A stretch of DNA of 64,000 nt from Octopus sinensis (Eukaryota): assembly GCF_006345805.1 (NCBI RefSeq), contig NC_043020.1, forward strand, positions 8,308,001 through 8,372,000. The letters run 5' to 3'. Position 1 is the stretch's first letter. Every line of letters begins with the position of its first letter. The notes under the pieces were generated by a model. That model was not told where the DNA came from, did no database searches, and was given only the letters and a program-made list of their open reading frames with translations. Both the position numbers and the translations under genes were made by a program. Shown piece by piece: positions 1 to 11,155 of this stretch.

Positions 1-482
1 TCGAAATTGAACCAATCCTATGACTGGCACCCGGCAAATGCCAGGACCCCTGGACTGGAGATACGTAAAAAGCACTATCCGAATCGTGGCTTCCGTGTCG
101 GTGGCACGTAAAAAGCACCATCCAAATCGTGGCCAATGCCAGCGTTGCCTCGACTGGCTTCCATGCCGGTGGCACGTAAAAAACACCATCCGAATCGTGG
201 CCGAAGCCAGTGCCACCTCGACTGGCTTCCGTGCAGGTGGCACGTAAAATGCACCAATCCGACCGTGGCCGATGCCAGCCTCGCCTGGCACCAGTGCAGG
301 TGGCACGTAAAAAGCACCCATGACACTCACGGAGTGGTTGGCGTTAGGAAGGGCATCCAGCTGTAGAAACATTGCCAGATAAGACCGGAGCCTGGTGCAG
401 CCTTCTGGCTTCCCAGATCCCCGGTCGAACCGTCCAACCCATGCTAGCATGGAGAGCGGACGTTGAACGATGATGATGAGCG
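1..482 (+). mobile_element. Retroposon family D with internal ~65-bp tandem module and (GAT)n tail
   Basis: Module ggcacgtaaaaagcaccaatccgatcgtggcc..; tail aacgatgatgatga; about 18 copies (e.g. 15215-15505, 17768-18215 -, 22845-23095, 25828-26210 -, 37055-37350 -, 44105-44475, 48522-48960 -, 55322-55600, 59910-60140 -). Confidence 0.7.
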
Positions 483-489
483 ATCTACT

Positions 490-720
490 CACTGTAGTTC
501 CAAGAATAACCTGGAATCTAATCTGTGGGTTATGGCCCTTCGAGAGTTTAGCAAAACCAATGTCATTGTACTTGGCATCAGCAAACCATTCAACTGTGTC
601 TGGCATGAGAACTTGGCTGTGTTGCCCACCCAGGGACGCCATCAGTCTCCCATCTCTTGAATAGAAAGCTTCTTGTCTGTCTGCAATGTGTTGTCAGGAC
701 TCCCTTTCGGCCACACTAGC
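490..720 (+). mobile_element. Degenerate LINE reverse-transcriptase fragment
   Basis: VIVLGISKPFNCVWHENL resembles the RT motif ALDISKAFDRVWH. Confidence 0.5.
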
Positions 721-786
721 AATTCTAGCATGCATACACCAAGGATCGCTAATGTCCCTTAAACTCATCTACCAGGATCTATAGGA

Positions 787-1177
787 GCAGGAGTGGCTGT
801 GTGGTAAGTAGCTTGCTAACCAACCACATGGTTCCGGGTTCAGTCCCACTGCATGGCATCTTGGGCAAGTGTCTTCTGCTAAGTCCCCGGGCCAACCAAT
901 GCCTTGTGAGTGGATTTGGTAGACGGAAACTGAAAGAAGCCTGTCATATATATGTATATATGTATATGTTTGTGTGTCTGTTTGTCCCCCTAGCATTGCT
1001 TGACAACCGATGCTGGTGTGTTTACGTCCTCGTCACTTACCAGTTCGGCAAAAGAGACCGATAAAATAAGTACTGGGCTTACAAAGAATAAGTCCTGGGG
1101 TCGATTTGCTCGACTAAAGGCGGTGCTCCAGCATGGCCGCAGTCAAATGACTGAAACAAGTAAAAGAGTAGAAGAGA
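787..1177 (+). mobile_element. tRNA-headed SINE family A (octopus OK-like), ~400 bp with internal TA/TG microsatellite
   Basis: Head gcaggagtggctgtgtggtaag...ggttcagtcc (A/B boxes), tail gaaacaagtaaaagag; about 30 full or partial copies in the window. Confidence 0.8.
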
Positions 1178-1544
1178 GTCCTTTAACAATCTGCTTACAG
1201 ACAATATGACCCTTGATTCCTCTCCCACCTTCCATACCCAAACGTCCCTCCCGGTCATGCAACCTCAACACCTCCTAGAAAACCTCCCTCAGAAACATCC
1301 CCCAAAGAAGTCATGCCAATCTGAATCCCCTCTTCTGACAGCAATAAAAGACCCAACCATCAAGAAAATACCAAATCTCTCCCTTTGAAATTGAACAGCT
1401 CAAACCTTTAACATTGCTACAGATACTAGGCATTACCAACTTTACCTGCTAGAAACAACAGCCAAATCTCTCCCAAATCAGAGTTCCCTGTACACAGAAA
1501 ATAGATGAAATGATCACAGCTGGAATAATACCTTTGACTGGAAA

Positions 1545-1918
1545 GAAGCACTCCGTCGGTTACGCCGACGAGGGTTCCGGTTGATTTGATCAATGGAACA
1601 GCCTGCTCGTGAAATTAACGTGTAAGTGGCTGAGCACTCCACAGACACATGTACCCTTAACGTAGTTCTCGGGGGATATTTAGCGTGACACAGAGAGTGA
1701 CAAGGCCGGCCCTTTGAAATACAGGTACAACAGAAACAGGAAGTAAGAGTGAGAGAAAGTTGTGGTGAAAGAGTACAACAGGGATCGCCACCATCCCCTG
1801 CCGGAGCCTCGTGGAGCTTTTTAGGTGTTTTCACTCAATAAACACTCACAACGCCCGGTCTGGGAATCGAAACGGCGATCCTACGACCGCGAGTCCGCTG
1901 CCCTAACCACTGCGCCTC
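1545..1918 (-). mobile_element. tRNA-headed SINE family B (octopus OR1-like), ~380 bp
   Basis: Head gaggcgca..gtggttagggcagcggactcgcggtc..ggtttcgattccc; tail acggagtgcttc. Confidence 0.8.
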
Positions 1919-2601
1919 CTTTACCTTTGACTATCAATCAGCTCCATCTGGGGTCATGGAACTAAACAACAATCTGTGTCCCCTCTGTATCTTGTCTTCC
2001 CCACTATGGTGCAGTCATTCTTCTCCAGAACATCAACCTTCAGGAATTCCCTCCTTCCCATTCACATTCTTTTTCAGTAAGGGTCATCTTACAGATGATC
2101 AGACTACTGAACATAAACCCTATCAATCTCACCAAACTGGGACAACCTGTCTCCTTCCTCCAGATTAAAACCAGCACAAAAAATAAAAAAAGGAATCCCT
2201 ACTGTACTGGGTAGAGGTGTGACTGTGTGGTTAAGAAGATCACTTCACAACCAAAGTGGTTTCAGGTTCAATCCCACTGTGTGACACCTTGGGCAAATCT
2301 TTAATTTAACCCTGGGCCGACCAACACCATGGGAGTGAATTTGGTACAGAGAAACTGTGTGGAAGTCAGTCATACATAAGTGTATGTATATGAGTGCCTT
2401 CATGTTTGTCCCTCAATTGCTTAACAGATGTTGGTTTGTTCACATCCCCACGACTTATCAGTTCAACAAAAGGTAACCAACAAAATAAGCATCAGAACTT
2501 TAAAAAAATTAGTGCTGGGGTCAATTTGTTTAACACTTCTAAGCAGTGCCCCAGCCTGGCCACAGTCCATTAACTGAATCAAAGAATAAAAACGTACTTA
2601 C

Positions 2602-2707
2602 CCAATAACTCGTAGGTGCGGAGGGTTCTATTGTAAACATCCCTCTGGTGGTCAAAGGTCAACATGGACATCTTACTGAAGTCAAGATCATGGGACTTAG
2701 GATACCA
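2602..2707 (-). CDS. Coding exon of divergent gene
   Basis: attatttcag / gtaagt on - strand; WYPKSHDLDFSKMSMLTFDHQRDVYNRTLRTYELL+G, open in the phase 0 required by the preceding exon; gene probably continues left of the window. Confidence 0.8.
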
Positions 2708-2849
2708 CTGAAATAATCAAATGAGACATCTTTTGGATGGGAAACTGCTGAACTTATAAACTTACCACTAAAGCAAAAGAAAAATTATGACTATGAGTTA
2801 AGGTAGTGGGATGAGAAGGGATGGCCACGGAAGGATAAATTCAACTTAC

Positions 2850-3007
2850 TTCTTCAATATGCTTTGCCAATTCCAGCCGTTTCTCTTCACATTTCTGATA
2901 AAGATCTACCAGCTGTTTCTGCAACTGTTGCAAGCATTTCCGCTCCAAGAACGAAGGAGTTTTAGTCTCAAATCTGTCTGCTTTACTGAAGAAGCTGAAA
3001 ATATCCT
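2850..3007 (-). CDS. Coding exon of divergent gene, coiled-coil segment
   Basis: tttctttgcag / gtaagt on - strand; (K)DIFSFFSKADRFETKTPSFLERKCLQQLQKQLVDLYQKCEEKRLELAKHIEE; an alternative acceptor 13 nt downstream exists. Confidence 0.8.
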
Positions 3008-3506
3008 CTGCAAAGAAACGGTATTTGTTGTTCAATGAGATTTAAAGAACATGCAGACAACATGGAGACTATGGAATAATAACAAACATTAAGATTGGTT
3101 TCAAATTTTGCTACAATGCCAGAAAGTTCAGAAGGGGGCCAGTAAATTAGATCAATCCCCAGTGTATAACTGGTACTTATTTTATTGACTCTGAAAGGAT
3201 GAAAGGCAAAATTGACCTCGGTGGAATTTGAACTCAGCATAAATACAGACGTAACAAACATTAAAAGTAGCAAATATATAAAGCAAACACAGTCATCATT
3301 TGTAAGTGAGCCCAACTTGGTAATGTCTAGTATAGGAATCATTTTAGGGGCTTGTGTAGTCAGGATTTTTATTTCTTCATATCTCTTTTTGAAATGCATA
3401 ATAATGCTTTGCAGAAATACATTTTCCTTGGTGTAGATTATAGAGTGCTGTGGTTTCAAACACACACACACATACATACATACATACACACACATACATA
3501 CATACA

Positions 3507-3542
<36 letters not shown>

Positions 3543-3753
3543 TATAGCTACATGGTTTCGGGTTCAGTCCCACTGCGTGGCACTTTGGGTAGGTGCCTTC
3601 TACTGTAGCCCCGAGTCAACCGAAGCTTTGTGATGGAATTCGGTAGGCGGAAGTTACTGCCGTGTGTGTATGTGTGCGTATAGGTGCTCAGTGCCTCTCC
3701 GAAAGAGAGGGATATAAGTGTATATTGAGGCAGTCAGAAAAAATATATATGTA

Positions 3754-4036
3754 CTAGCAGAATTGCCCGGCGTTGCTCGGGTTTGTAAGGGAAATAACTA
3801 TATAAGCATTTTTAGAGAGTTACTTCCCTTATATAATAGCGAAAAATGGGAAAAAATGATGGTAAATTTTTTTTTAAATCGTAGACTCATCGTAGACGCG
3901 CGCTGATACCCAGAAGGGCTCGATATGAATCACGACTATAAGATACCCGCTTTTGGTTACACTGCACCGCAAAATGTGGGAGTAGTTAGGAATCTAAATC
4001 GTAGGAGACAGACACACAACTTCACTTTTATATATA
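3754..4036 (-). mobile_element. Non-autonomous Helitron (same subfamily as 6361-6755)
   Basis: CTAG plus cccggcgttgctcggg end and shared internal sequence in reverse complement. Confidence 0.75.
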
Positions 4037-5547
4037 TGTATATACACCCACAAAGCCATAACCAGTGAGAGTCTATTTAATCTTTGATACACTAAATACA
4101 AGATGTGATGGTCATAGCTGGAATGTCTTTCTGTCTATGGTAGTACAGCTGATGACAGTTTGAGAGTGCCATTCATGTTGTTTGGCTGGATTTGTACATT
4201 TTCATTTGTTATGGTATTTGTAATGTCGGAGGTATTTCAAGGGTTGGAGAGGTTAACGCTTCTCCTGGTGTTGGCCATATATGAGTGTGTGATGAAGGCA
4301 TGTGGCCCTGTTGTTAGAACATATGAGTGTGTGACTATCAGTTTTTCTGTCTCCTCTTCTAATCTCTCTTGTTTTTAGTCAGGTGCAATGTTCTGCATTT
4401 TCCAATTTCTTTCTCTCTTCACAAGAATCCATTCTGGTGATTCTTTCCAACCAATTTCCTTGTGAGGCAAGTTTTCGCAGTTGGAGAAATCTGTGGCAGG
4501 AGAGGGTTGTTGTGTCTGTGCAGTCACATATTTCTGTGTTGGTTGACTGTGGTGGTGGGGGTGGTCAGGCCCCTTGGGGTTGTGCTGACCCTTTTTGTTT
4601 CCTTGGTTGTGGGATTGGTGTTTGCTGTTGATGCTGCTGAATGTTCCTCTTGTGGTCCCTTTTAGTGCTGCTGCTCATACTACTGTAGTGGTGAAAGGGT
4701 TGGCAGTAAAAAGCAGGGCCTCATATGTTTTGCAGTGGACAGAAAGCCCTGAAATGATTTGCATCTCCACATATGTGGCACCTTGGCCTTCTGCCCTCGA
4801 CTACGATAAAAATCTTGCAAGTCATTTGGGAGGTTGATCGGATCATCTGGAACCCATTTTGTTGTAACCAACAGAACGCCAGTTATTAAGGTAAATAATT
4901 CAGCCATTCCGTGCAAGATGCATTTTTGCATTACTCTTTACTCTTTACTCTTTACTCTTTTACTTGTTTCAGTCATTTGACTGTGGCCCATGCTTGTCGT
5001 GTTTTGTCAAGTGTCAGTTGACGAAATGAGAGGAGGAGAAGAAAGCTAATGGGTTGTACGTGTGTGTGTGTGCTTGCTCCTCTGTCTGTGTGTGCATGCT
5101 TGTTCTTGTCCGAGTCTGTGTTTAAGCACGCACACACAGACAAAAACAAGCACATACACACAGACAGAGCAACAAGCACACACACACACGTACAACCCCT
5201 TAGCTTTCTTCTCCTCCTGCCATTTCGAAGGAGATTACTCTCGGTAGATCCCTTTTTCGTTTTGCTTTCCTGCTTGACCACCAGAGGTCACTACAATTCC
5301 ATTTTTGTTATATTTGAATCTCACTGCTAGAAAAAACTTCCTCATTTGGAAAACCCATGGCAGTACTTAGAAAATTCTAAGATTACAAGTTCAGTGAAGT
5401 TGCACTGAAAATCGCTCTCAAAAGGGTTGATAAATTAGTTTGCGCATGCATTTAACTTGAAGAACTTTACGCATCTAGTGGCCAAAGAGGTTCTGAACTC
5501 TTTTGAGCACCTTGCACATGCGTTTAACTAGAAGAATTTTACGCATA

Positions 5548-5908
5548 CTCTCTTTTACTCTTTTACTCTTTTACTCTTTTACTCTTTTACTTGTTTCAGT
5601 CATTTGACTGCGGCCATGCTGGAGCACCGCGTTTAGTCGAGCAACTCGACCCCGGGACTTATTCTTTTGTAAGCCCAGTACTTATCCTATCGGTCTCTTT
5701 TGCCGAACCGCTAAGTGACGGGGACGTAAACACACCAGCATCGGTTGTCAAGCAATGCTAGGGAGACAAACACAGACACACACACACACACACACATACA
5801 TATATACGACAGGCTTCTTTCAGTTTCCATCTACCAAATCCACTCACAAGGCATTGGTCGGCCCGGGGCTATAGCAGAAGGCACTTGCCCAAGATGCCAC
5901 GCAGTAGG
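5548..5908 (-). mobile_element. SINE family A copy
   Basis: Reverse complement of family A with (ttactct)n tail. Confidence 0.8.
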
Positions 5909-6360
5909 ACTGAACCCGGAACCATGTGGTTGGTTAGCAAGCTACTTACCACACAGCCACTCCTGCGCTTATCTAAAACGTAGAAATCTGAAAAAAATTT
6001 TCAAAAAACTGCATTTGTCAAGGAGAGGTGCGAAACTGCAGTAACACCCATTTTTCTGAAAGTTATAATCATCCAAAGTCGGGGCGGGTGGGGGCAGATA
6101 TCTGTAGTTACGCCCAAAACTGAACATAGAAAACATACTGCATTCCCCTTAATTTACAAATAAATCATCATTTTGAGGTAAATGACAACTAAAATTAATT
6201 AAATTGCGTTAATTGCTGTTTTATGGCATATTTTACAGGCATAAAACACACCTTAGAATTTTTGCAGACATTCGAGAACTGCATACGTATATGTTTAGCC
6301 AATGAAGAAATCTGTGTTTATTATAATTAATGAAATTGAGTTAATTACTATTTCATGATA

Positions 6361-6755
6361 TCTTTATATATAAAAGTGAAGTTGTGTGTCTGTCTCCTAC
6401 GATTTAGATTCCTAACTACTCCCACATTTTGCGGTGCAGTGTAACCAAAACCGGGTATCTTATAGTCGTGATTCATATCGAGCCCTTCTGGGTATTAGCG
6501 CGCGTCTATGATGAGTCTACGATCTTTTAAAAAATTTACCATCATTTTTTTCCATTTTAATGCATTTTTTGCTATTATATAAGGGAAGTAACTCTCTAAA
6601 AATGTCTACGATGAGTCAACGATTTAAAAAAAAATTTACCATCATTTTTTCCCCATTTTTGATGCATTTTTTTGCTATATTTTGGCTATAACTCTAAAAA
6701 TGCTTATATAGTTATTTCCCTTACAAACCCGAGCAACGCCGGGCGATACTGCTAG
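6361..6755 (+). mobile_element. Non-autonomous Helitron
   Basis: A|TC 5' end, CCCG-AGCAACGC-CGGG hairpin, CTAG|T 3' end, no TSD. Confidence 0.8.
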
Positions 6756-6777
6756 TATTTTATAAACGGTATACCTA

Positions 6778-7026
6778 TATAGCTCGACACGGTCGAGACA
6801 CTTCGCTTCGGGTATTTCCGTGGGTTGTGGAGTATAGATATAACGAAATTATGCCATCAATGTCTCAATTTAAACTTGAAGAAAAAAAAGGCCTTGCATA
6901 TTTGTTCTAACCTGCATCATGTATGTATGTAAAACCCGCAAACTTCCAAGCAGAAAACAGAATCGAACTGTTATTTGCTTCCACGGAAATACCCGAAGTG
7001 AAGTGTTTTGATTTTGTCGAGTTATA
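6778..7026. mobile_element. MITE with ~45-bp TIRs, TA-flanked (Tc1/mariner-like)
   Basis: CACTTCGCTTCGGGTATTTCCGTGG vs CCACGGAAATACCCGAAGTGAAGTG (24/25 complementary), extending imperfectly to TATA ends. Confidence 0.55.
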
Positions 7027-7201
7027 TCGAAAGAATACCTTATAAACAATAAAACAACACACATAACTTTTGTAGATATTCGGAAATGATTCCACTCGAC
7101 TGTAATGTAAAGAATGCTTTATAAAACCTCTGCGGGAACCTGTAATTACTAAACTAACGAAGCTGGCTTCACTGCAGTCTTATAACGGATTTTATAACCA
7201 A

Positions 7202-7585
7202 CTAGCAGTATCGCCCGGCGTTGCTCAGGTTTGTAAGGGAAATAACTATAAAGCATTTTTAGAGAGTTATAGCCAAAATATAGCAAAAAAATGGGAAAAA
7301 AATGATGGTAAATTTTTTTGAGAGTTAAAAAAGGTCGAGTTGCGTCCCCTAGTCCATCTGTGGTTTGGGTTTCTGATTCTCGACCCCATGTCGAATTTAT
7401 CGATTTTTTTCAGAACTGAGGGAACTTTTCAAAATTTTCGCTGCGTTAGTTTTGAATTATGACATTGGGTTATGTGTGTGTCAAGTTTCATCAGAATCGG
7501 TTGAAAGCCGTGGTCAGGGTGAGGGTACAAGTAAACAGACACACAGACACGCAGACAGACAAACTGCCGTTTATATAGAGAGAGA
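7202..7585 (-). mobile_element. Non-autonomous Helitron, second subfamily
   Basis: A|TCTCTCTCTATATAAACGGCAG 5' end on - strand; shared hairpin plus CTAG 3' end. Confidence 0.75.
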
Positions 7586-7684
7586 TAAAACACAATAGCT
7601 TAGAAGTTTTGGAGACATTAGGGGAGTCCGGCTGTCGTAGTTGATTCGAATACATACACCACCGGTTTTCGGCATAACAAAACC

Positions 7685-7868
7685 TTTAAATTTCGTTTTT
7701 GGATTTGGTTTGCAAGATTCTTTATATGAGTTCGTGTGTTGAAGCATATTGTTGTGTCTGGGGAGAGTCATTCTCTTTTAGTGCCTTATTATTTAACACA
7801 CTCACCGGTGAGTGTGTGTTAAATAATAAGGCACTGAAAGAGAATGACTCTCCCCAGACACAACAGAA
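7685..7868. mobile_element. Long-TIR foldback element family (other copies ~12282-12990, interrupted by a SINE, and ~49490-49730)
   Basis: Shared TIR sequence ttttgggatttggtttgcaagattc...tgttgtgtctggggagagtcatt...aacacactcaccggt appears in both orientations. Confidence 0.6.
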
Positions 7869-7970
7869 AAACCCCTAAAACTAACCCTAAACCCAACCAC
7901 CGGGTGTAGGTATTCATCACCTTCGCGTGTGGTCGCTTCTGTTTTGTACAGGAGTTCGTTGTTTATGTAT

Positions 7971-8310
7971 ATAATAATAATAATAATAATGAAATTATTG
8001 TATACAGTGCTCAGGTGCACCACAACTTGTCAGAAAGTGCGTATAAAGTACATGCAGTAATGTAGAAATGTCTGGAAAGCGAACAGTGTACGAGTCAGAT
8101 ACATGCTTGTGTGTGTATGGAGGGGAGGAAATCAGGTGTAGTGTTGGCGAATCTCAGGAAGCATGGAAGTTTTGAAGGATGCAGTGCTCCGACAACTAAC
8201 AACTGATGCTGGCAGTTTGTTCCATGCTTCAGCAACTCTCAGCGTGAAAAAATGTTTCCTGAAGTCATGGGAGCTGTGCTGTTTTCTGACTTTGTAAATA
8301 CTTTGTATAT
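7971..8310 (-). mobile_element. CR1-type LINE 3' fragment
   Basis: YKVRKQHSSHDFRKHFFTLRVAEAWNKLPASVV (CR1-like ORF2 C-terminus), 3' UTR and (ATT)n tail. Confidence 0.8.
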
Positions 8311-8456
8311 TATTCAACAGGTTTACGAATAACAGCTTTTAATTTGTGAAGCACGAAGCCAATACTAATAATTATTACATGTTAATATCATAATATCTCA
8401 CCGTATCCATATATCTTTGTGTGCGTGTTTAAGGAAAAGAATTGCTATCAACTTAC

Positions 8457-8475
8457 TTTTTGAGTTTGCCGCCAT
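8457..8475 (-). CDS. First coding exon of divergent - strand gene (exon ~8457-8523 including UTR)
   Basis: On - strand: ttttattcag acceptor (AG at 8525-8524), cgtgATGGCG start at 8475, MAANSK+A, gtaagt donor at 8456; phase 1 matches the exon at 2850-3007. Confidence 0.65.
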
Positions 8476-8601
8476 CACGGTTCCGTCGGGTGTGGAGACG
8501 GTGTAGCTTGGAATTAATTCCCTCTGAATAAAAGGATTCATTTACGGAATTGTCCAGCAAAAAAAAATAATATAAAAACAGTTTAAAGGGAGATAACTGA
8601 C

Positions 8602-8850
8602 ATTAACTCACGTTACGACAATTGCCTATTTCTCGTGACGTCACAGCGCGCCAAATTAGTATTTCGAAATCAAATGCGTTTGATTTTTAACTCACGGGAA
8701 CTTTCCTAACTTCGACGCAAATCCTTAACGTGAGTTAATCTTTTCTCCAGACTATTGTTTTGTTGTTGCTTTAAGACTTTATCGTACTTATATCATCTTT
8801 GTGTGCCAAATAGGAGTTTTATGTATACATATATAGTGGTTGGCGGGAAC
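8602..8850. promoter_or_regulatory. Putative bidirectional promoter for FANCD2 and the - strand gene
   Basis: CpG-enriched patch with palindromic CRE GTGACGTCAC (8635-8644), E2F-type TTTGGCGC (- strand, 8648-8655), CHR-variant TTCGAA (8663-8668) and E2F-type GGCGGGAA (8842-8849); divergent GTGAGT donors at 8611 (-) and 8730 (+). TSS positions are inferred. Confidence 0.55.
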
Positions 8851-9883
8851 ATTTTCGTTTGAATATGTATAAAATTTATTAAACTCACATCTTTATTTAA
8901 TTTTCTTGAAATTCTTTTTTTTTTTTCTCTTTTGAATTTTCATATTTTGGAATATCCTCACAATAGCAATCCTCAATTCAAACCAGTCTTCTGGCCGCTT
9001 TTTGTCACTTTTAGGTGTCATGTAACGGCGTATAATAGTTACGTGGAGTTTTAACCCCACGTAAAACAAAACAGTCAAAATACATTTATTTTTTCTTAGT
9101 CTAAAACATTTTGAACGGAAGACATAATATGAGTTTAATTAAAGATTATAGATTTTATTCTATTTTAAGTTATATTTTTTTTTATGTCTGCACGATTTGC
9201 TTTGATGAAAATGCACCCTGAGCAAGTATCCTCCACTCTAGCCCAGGGCTGACCCGTGCCTTGTGAGTGTGACTTTGGGAGATGTGAACAGTGGGGTCCC
9301 TTGACAATATATTTTTTTTTTACTGCCCAGAAGGAGCTAAACATAGAGGGGACAAACAAGGACAGACGAAGGGATTGAGTCGATTATATCGCCCCCAGTG
9401 CGAAACTGGTACTTTATTTATCGACCCCGAAAGGATGAAAGGCAAAGTTGACCTCGGCGGAATTTGAACTCAGAACGTAGACAATATAACCTTCGTTTAA
9501 CTAAGGTATATTCGGCCTGATAAGTAGCTAGTAGAGTACCCCACGCGTCGAGTAATTATTACTTCCGATGTTCTGCTAGCTGGGAAGCTTGTAGCTTTGT
9601 GTCTGTCCCCCATCAATGGCTCTGTAAAAGCGGGTGGAGTGTAATGAAAACACTTTTAAAATCTACCCGAAAAACTTCATTACCAAAACAAACGGTTAAT
9701 ATAAAACGTTGAAACTTTTTCTGGGACTGATTTGAAACATTATTGAATTCATCCGACTTGTTTGATACACAAATATAATAAAACATAGCCATGATGATGA
9801 TTGTTCTTATTCCTGTTTTTTTGTTTTGATGTTGAGATTGAAAAATTCGACTTTGTTTATTTCTGAATCTGGTTGCACCCTCT

Positions 9884-10265
9884 GGCAATCTTTCGTCTCT
9901 AGTAGACCTTTCCGTCGATTTCCGTAAAAAAATTTTTTTTTTTACATATGGGCTTGCGGGAACTATTGAAGTAATGAGAGCGAAAGAGACTAAGAGAAAG
10001 CGATTGTATGACGAGGGAAGTTCTTTTGAAGTTACCGTGCATGGGAGCATTGATGTACATGTGTGTGTGTGTGTGTTTGATAGGGTGTGGGAGACAGACA
10101 GTATGTTGTGTAAGTGAAGTGCTTCTGTTAGTGTGTGTGAAGAGACAGAGAGAGTAATGTGTCTCTTTCGCTCTCATTACTTCAAAAGTTCCCGCAAGCC
10201 CATATGTAAAAAAAAATTTTTTTACGGAAATCGACGGAAAGATCTACTAGAGACGAAAGATCGCC
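9884..10265. mobile_element. Foldback / Mutator-like non-autonomous DNA transposon
   Basis: ~105-bp TIRs (9884-9990 / 10161-10265) starting GGC(A/G)ATC, with a few mismatches and one homopolymer indel; 8-bp TSD CACCCTCT at 9876-9883 and 10266-10273. Confidence 0.8.
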
Positions 10266-10752
10266 CACCCTCTCCCCCAAGCAAATTTCGTTCTCGCACT
10301 TCTGGTCCCCATATCGCTTGACAATGTGTCTTACGTCCTTGTAACTTAGCTGTTGGCAAAAGGGGCCTGATAGAATATATACAGAAGACTTGAAATAAAT
10401 ACTCGAGTCGATTTGATCGACTAATTACTTCAAGGCAGTGCCCCAGCTTGGTCACAGCCCAGTGACTGAATTTAAAACGTTTTATTGACGGAGGTAAAGA
10501 ATACATGTTTTCAGCGTAACCCTAACACTTACCCTAAACACCGAAAACGGGTGATGTACGTATCCTTTACCTTCACCGTTTTATTCGGATATATCCAAGG
10601 AAACGTAACCAATTTGTGAAGCTTTTTAGAAGTTTTTTTTTTGTCTTAAGTCAACACTTTATAATGTACGCGAGGAAAAAATATAAAAACTTATAACTCG
10701 ATACAAACTCTCTCCCCTCTCTCTCTCTCTCTCTCTCTCTCATACACACACT

Positions 10753-11155
10753 CTCTTTTTACTCTTTTACTTGTTTCAGTCATTTGACAGTGGCCATGCT
10801 GGAGCACCGCCTTTAGTCGAGCAAATCGATCCCGGGACTTATTCTTTTGTAAGCCCAGTACTTATTCTATCGGTCTCTTTTGCCGAACCGCTAAGTGACG
10901 GGGACGTAAACACCCCAGCATCGGTTGTCAAGCAATGCTAGGGGGACAAACACAGACACACAAACACGCATACATGTATATATATACATATATACGACAG
11001 GCTTCTTTCAGTTTCTGTCTACGAAATCCACTCACAAGGCATTGGTCGGCCCGGGGCCATAGCAGAAGACACTTGCCCAAGATGCCACGCAGTGGGACTG
11101 AACCCAGAACCATGTGGTTGGTAAGCAAGCTACTTACCACACAGCCACTCCTGCA
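10753..11155 (-). mobile_element. SINE family A copy
   Basis: Full-length reverse-complement copy. Confidence 0.8.

Noticed and set aside
787-860. tRNA genes at SINE heads (families A, B, C, E)
   Set aside because: A/B boxes are present but there is no complete cloverleaf and they continue into SINE bodies. Only 55237-55308 is a true tRNA sequence.
769-1209. Recurring short ORFs (MLGGQT.., MSSNAR.., MVVIPAVL.., MLAWVGRF..)
   Set aside because: They recur at every SINE copy with variable stops and frameshifts, so they are incidental translations of SINE consensus.
1925-2170. Next exon of the - strand gene
   Set aside because: A donor-like site exists at 1924, but no acceptor gives an open frame in the required phase up to it.
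2850-3007. Assigning a gene symbol to the - strand gene
   Set aside because: The CENP-O resemblance is weak and from memory, so the gene is left unnamed.
7870-7895. Telomere-like TAACCC motifs (also ~10516-10540)
   Set aside because: Only 2-3 imperfect units; more likely transposon subterminal sequence.
9613-10050. 145-aa - strand ORF
   Set aside because: It runs through a transposon TIR and homopolymers, with no splice or homology support.
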